NCBI GenBank assembly: GCA_963710105.1
Contig: CAVPYV010000001.1
Coordinates: 178,370-242,369 of the forward strand
DNA length: 64,000 bases
From: an uncultured Chloroflexia bacterium
GTDB taxonomy: Bacteria; Chloroflexota; Limnocylindria; Limnocylindrales; CSP1-4
Reading direction: 5' to 3'
This document shows, one piece after another, positions 63,688-64,000 of this stretch. The translations under genes were made by a program, and so were the position numbers. Positions within the stretch are counted from its first letter, which is position 1. Every line of letters starts with the position of its first letter. The notes below the pieces were generated by a model, which saw only the letters and a list, made by a program, of their open reading frames with translations, was not told where the DNA came from and searched no databases.

Positions 63688-63869
63688 GGCGCGATCGTGC
63701 GGGCGCGGAGGCGCCGGCGTCAAGGTGACCGCGTGGCGGTCGGCCGGGGTTCGAGCGCGCACGCGTCGTGGACCGTCCTCGCGCAGGCCCGAACACAGCG
63801 AACGAGGCGCACCGGTCGGGCGCCTCGTCCCTGTGTCCGGCCGGCCCGAAGGCCGGGCCACTCGATGGG

Positions 63870-64000
63870 CTAGTGCGTCTTCTTCGGCTCGTTCGCGTTG
63901 TGGTCGGACCCGGTTGGTCTGGCGACCGACGACTTGCCGCTCGCCTTCACGTCGCTGGCCGACGTCGCCCGGGCGGGCTTCGTCCAGCGCTGGCCCAGCG
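63870..64000 (-). CDS. Probable 3' end of a gene truncated by the window edge
   Basis: Open frame ending ...NANEPKKTH-TAG, followed by hairpin ccggcc-cgaa-ggccgg (63841-63856). Confidence 0.45.
   Translation of the reverse strand, partial: LGQRWTKPARATSASDVKASGKSSVARPTGSDHNANEPKKTH

Overview
Very GC-rich bacterial chromosomal segment with about 58 genes. Gene content and style suggest Chloroflexota (Limnocylindria/Ellin6529-like), which is inference only. No transposase, integrase, phage gene or true CRISPR array was seen. Main blocks: (1) TetR regulator, secreted AcpA-type phosphoesterase, MFS, CDF and feoAB; (2) a divergent catabolic cluster at 8.3-20.1 kb resembling anaerobic purine-degradation loci, with a fused 2Fe-2S/Mo hydroxylase, SsnA-like amidohydrolase, Cys-less PreA/DHODH-like FMN/Fe-S enzyme, two fold-type-II PLP enzymes, two carbamoyltransferases and carbamate kinase, ending at tRNA-Gly(CCC); (3) lipB, a GalT-like protein with an altered active site, and three ECF sigma/anti-sigma cassettes, two of which share an unrecognised Cys-containing repeat domain; (4) pyr genes (pyrRBC ... 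pyrKD ... degenerate pyrE) split by inserted modules; (5) a two-component system followed by a multi-Fe-S NAD(P)H flavoprotein coupled to two paralogous unknown membrane proteins, the best candidate for an undescribed system; (6) a CtaA-CtaB fusion, ATP-grasp ligase, ThDP enzyme/cyclase/NHL module, NuoF-like protein plus ferredoxin, split UPF0324 transporter, beta-CASP nuclease and several intergenic REP-like repeat arrays. All calls are from motif recognition by eye; no searches were run.
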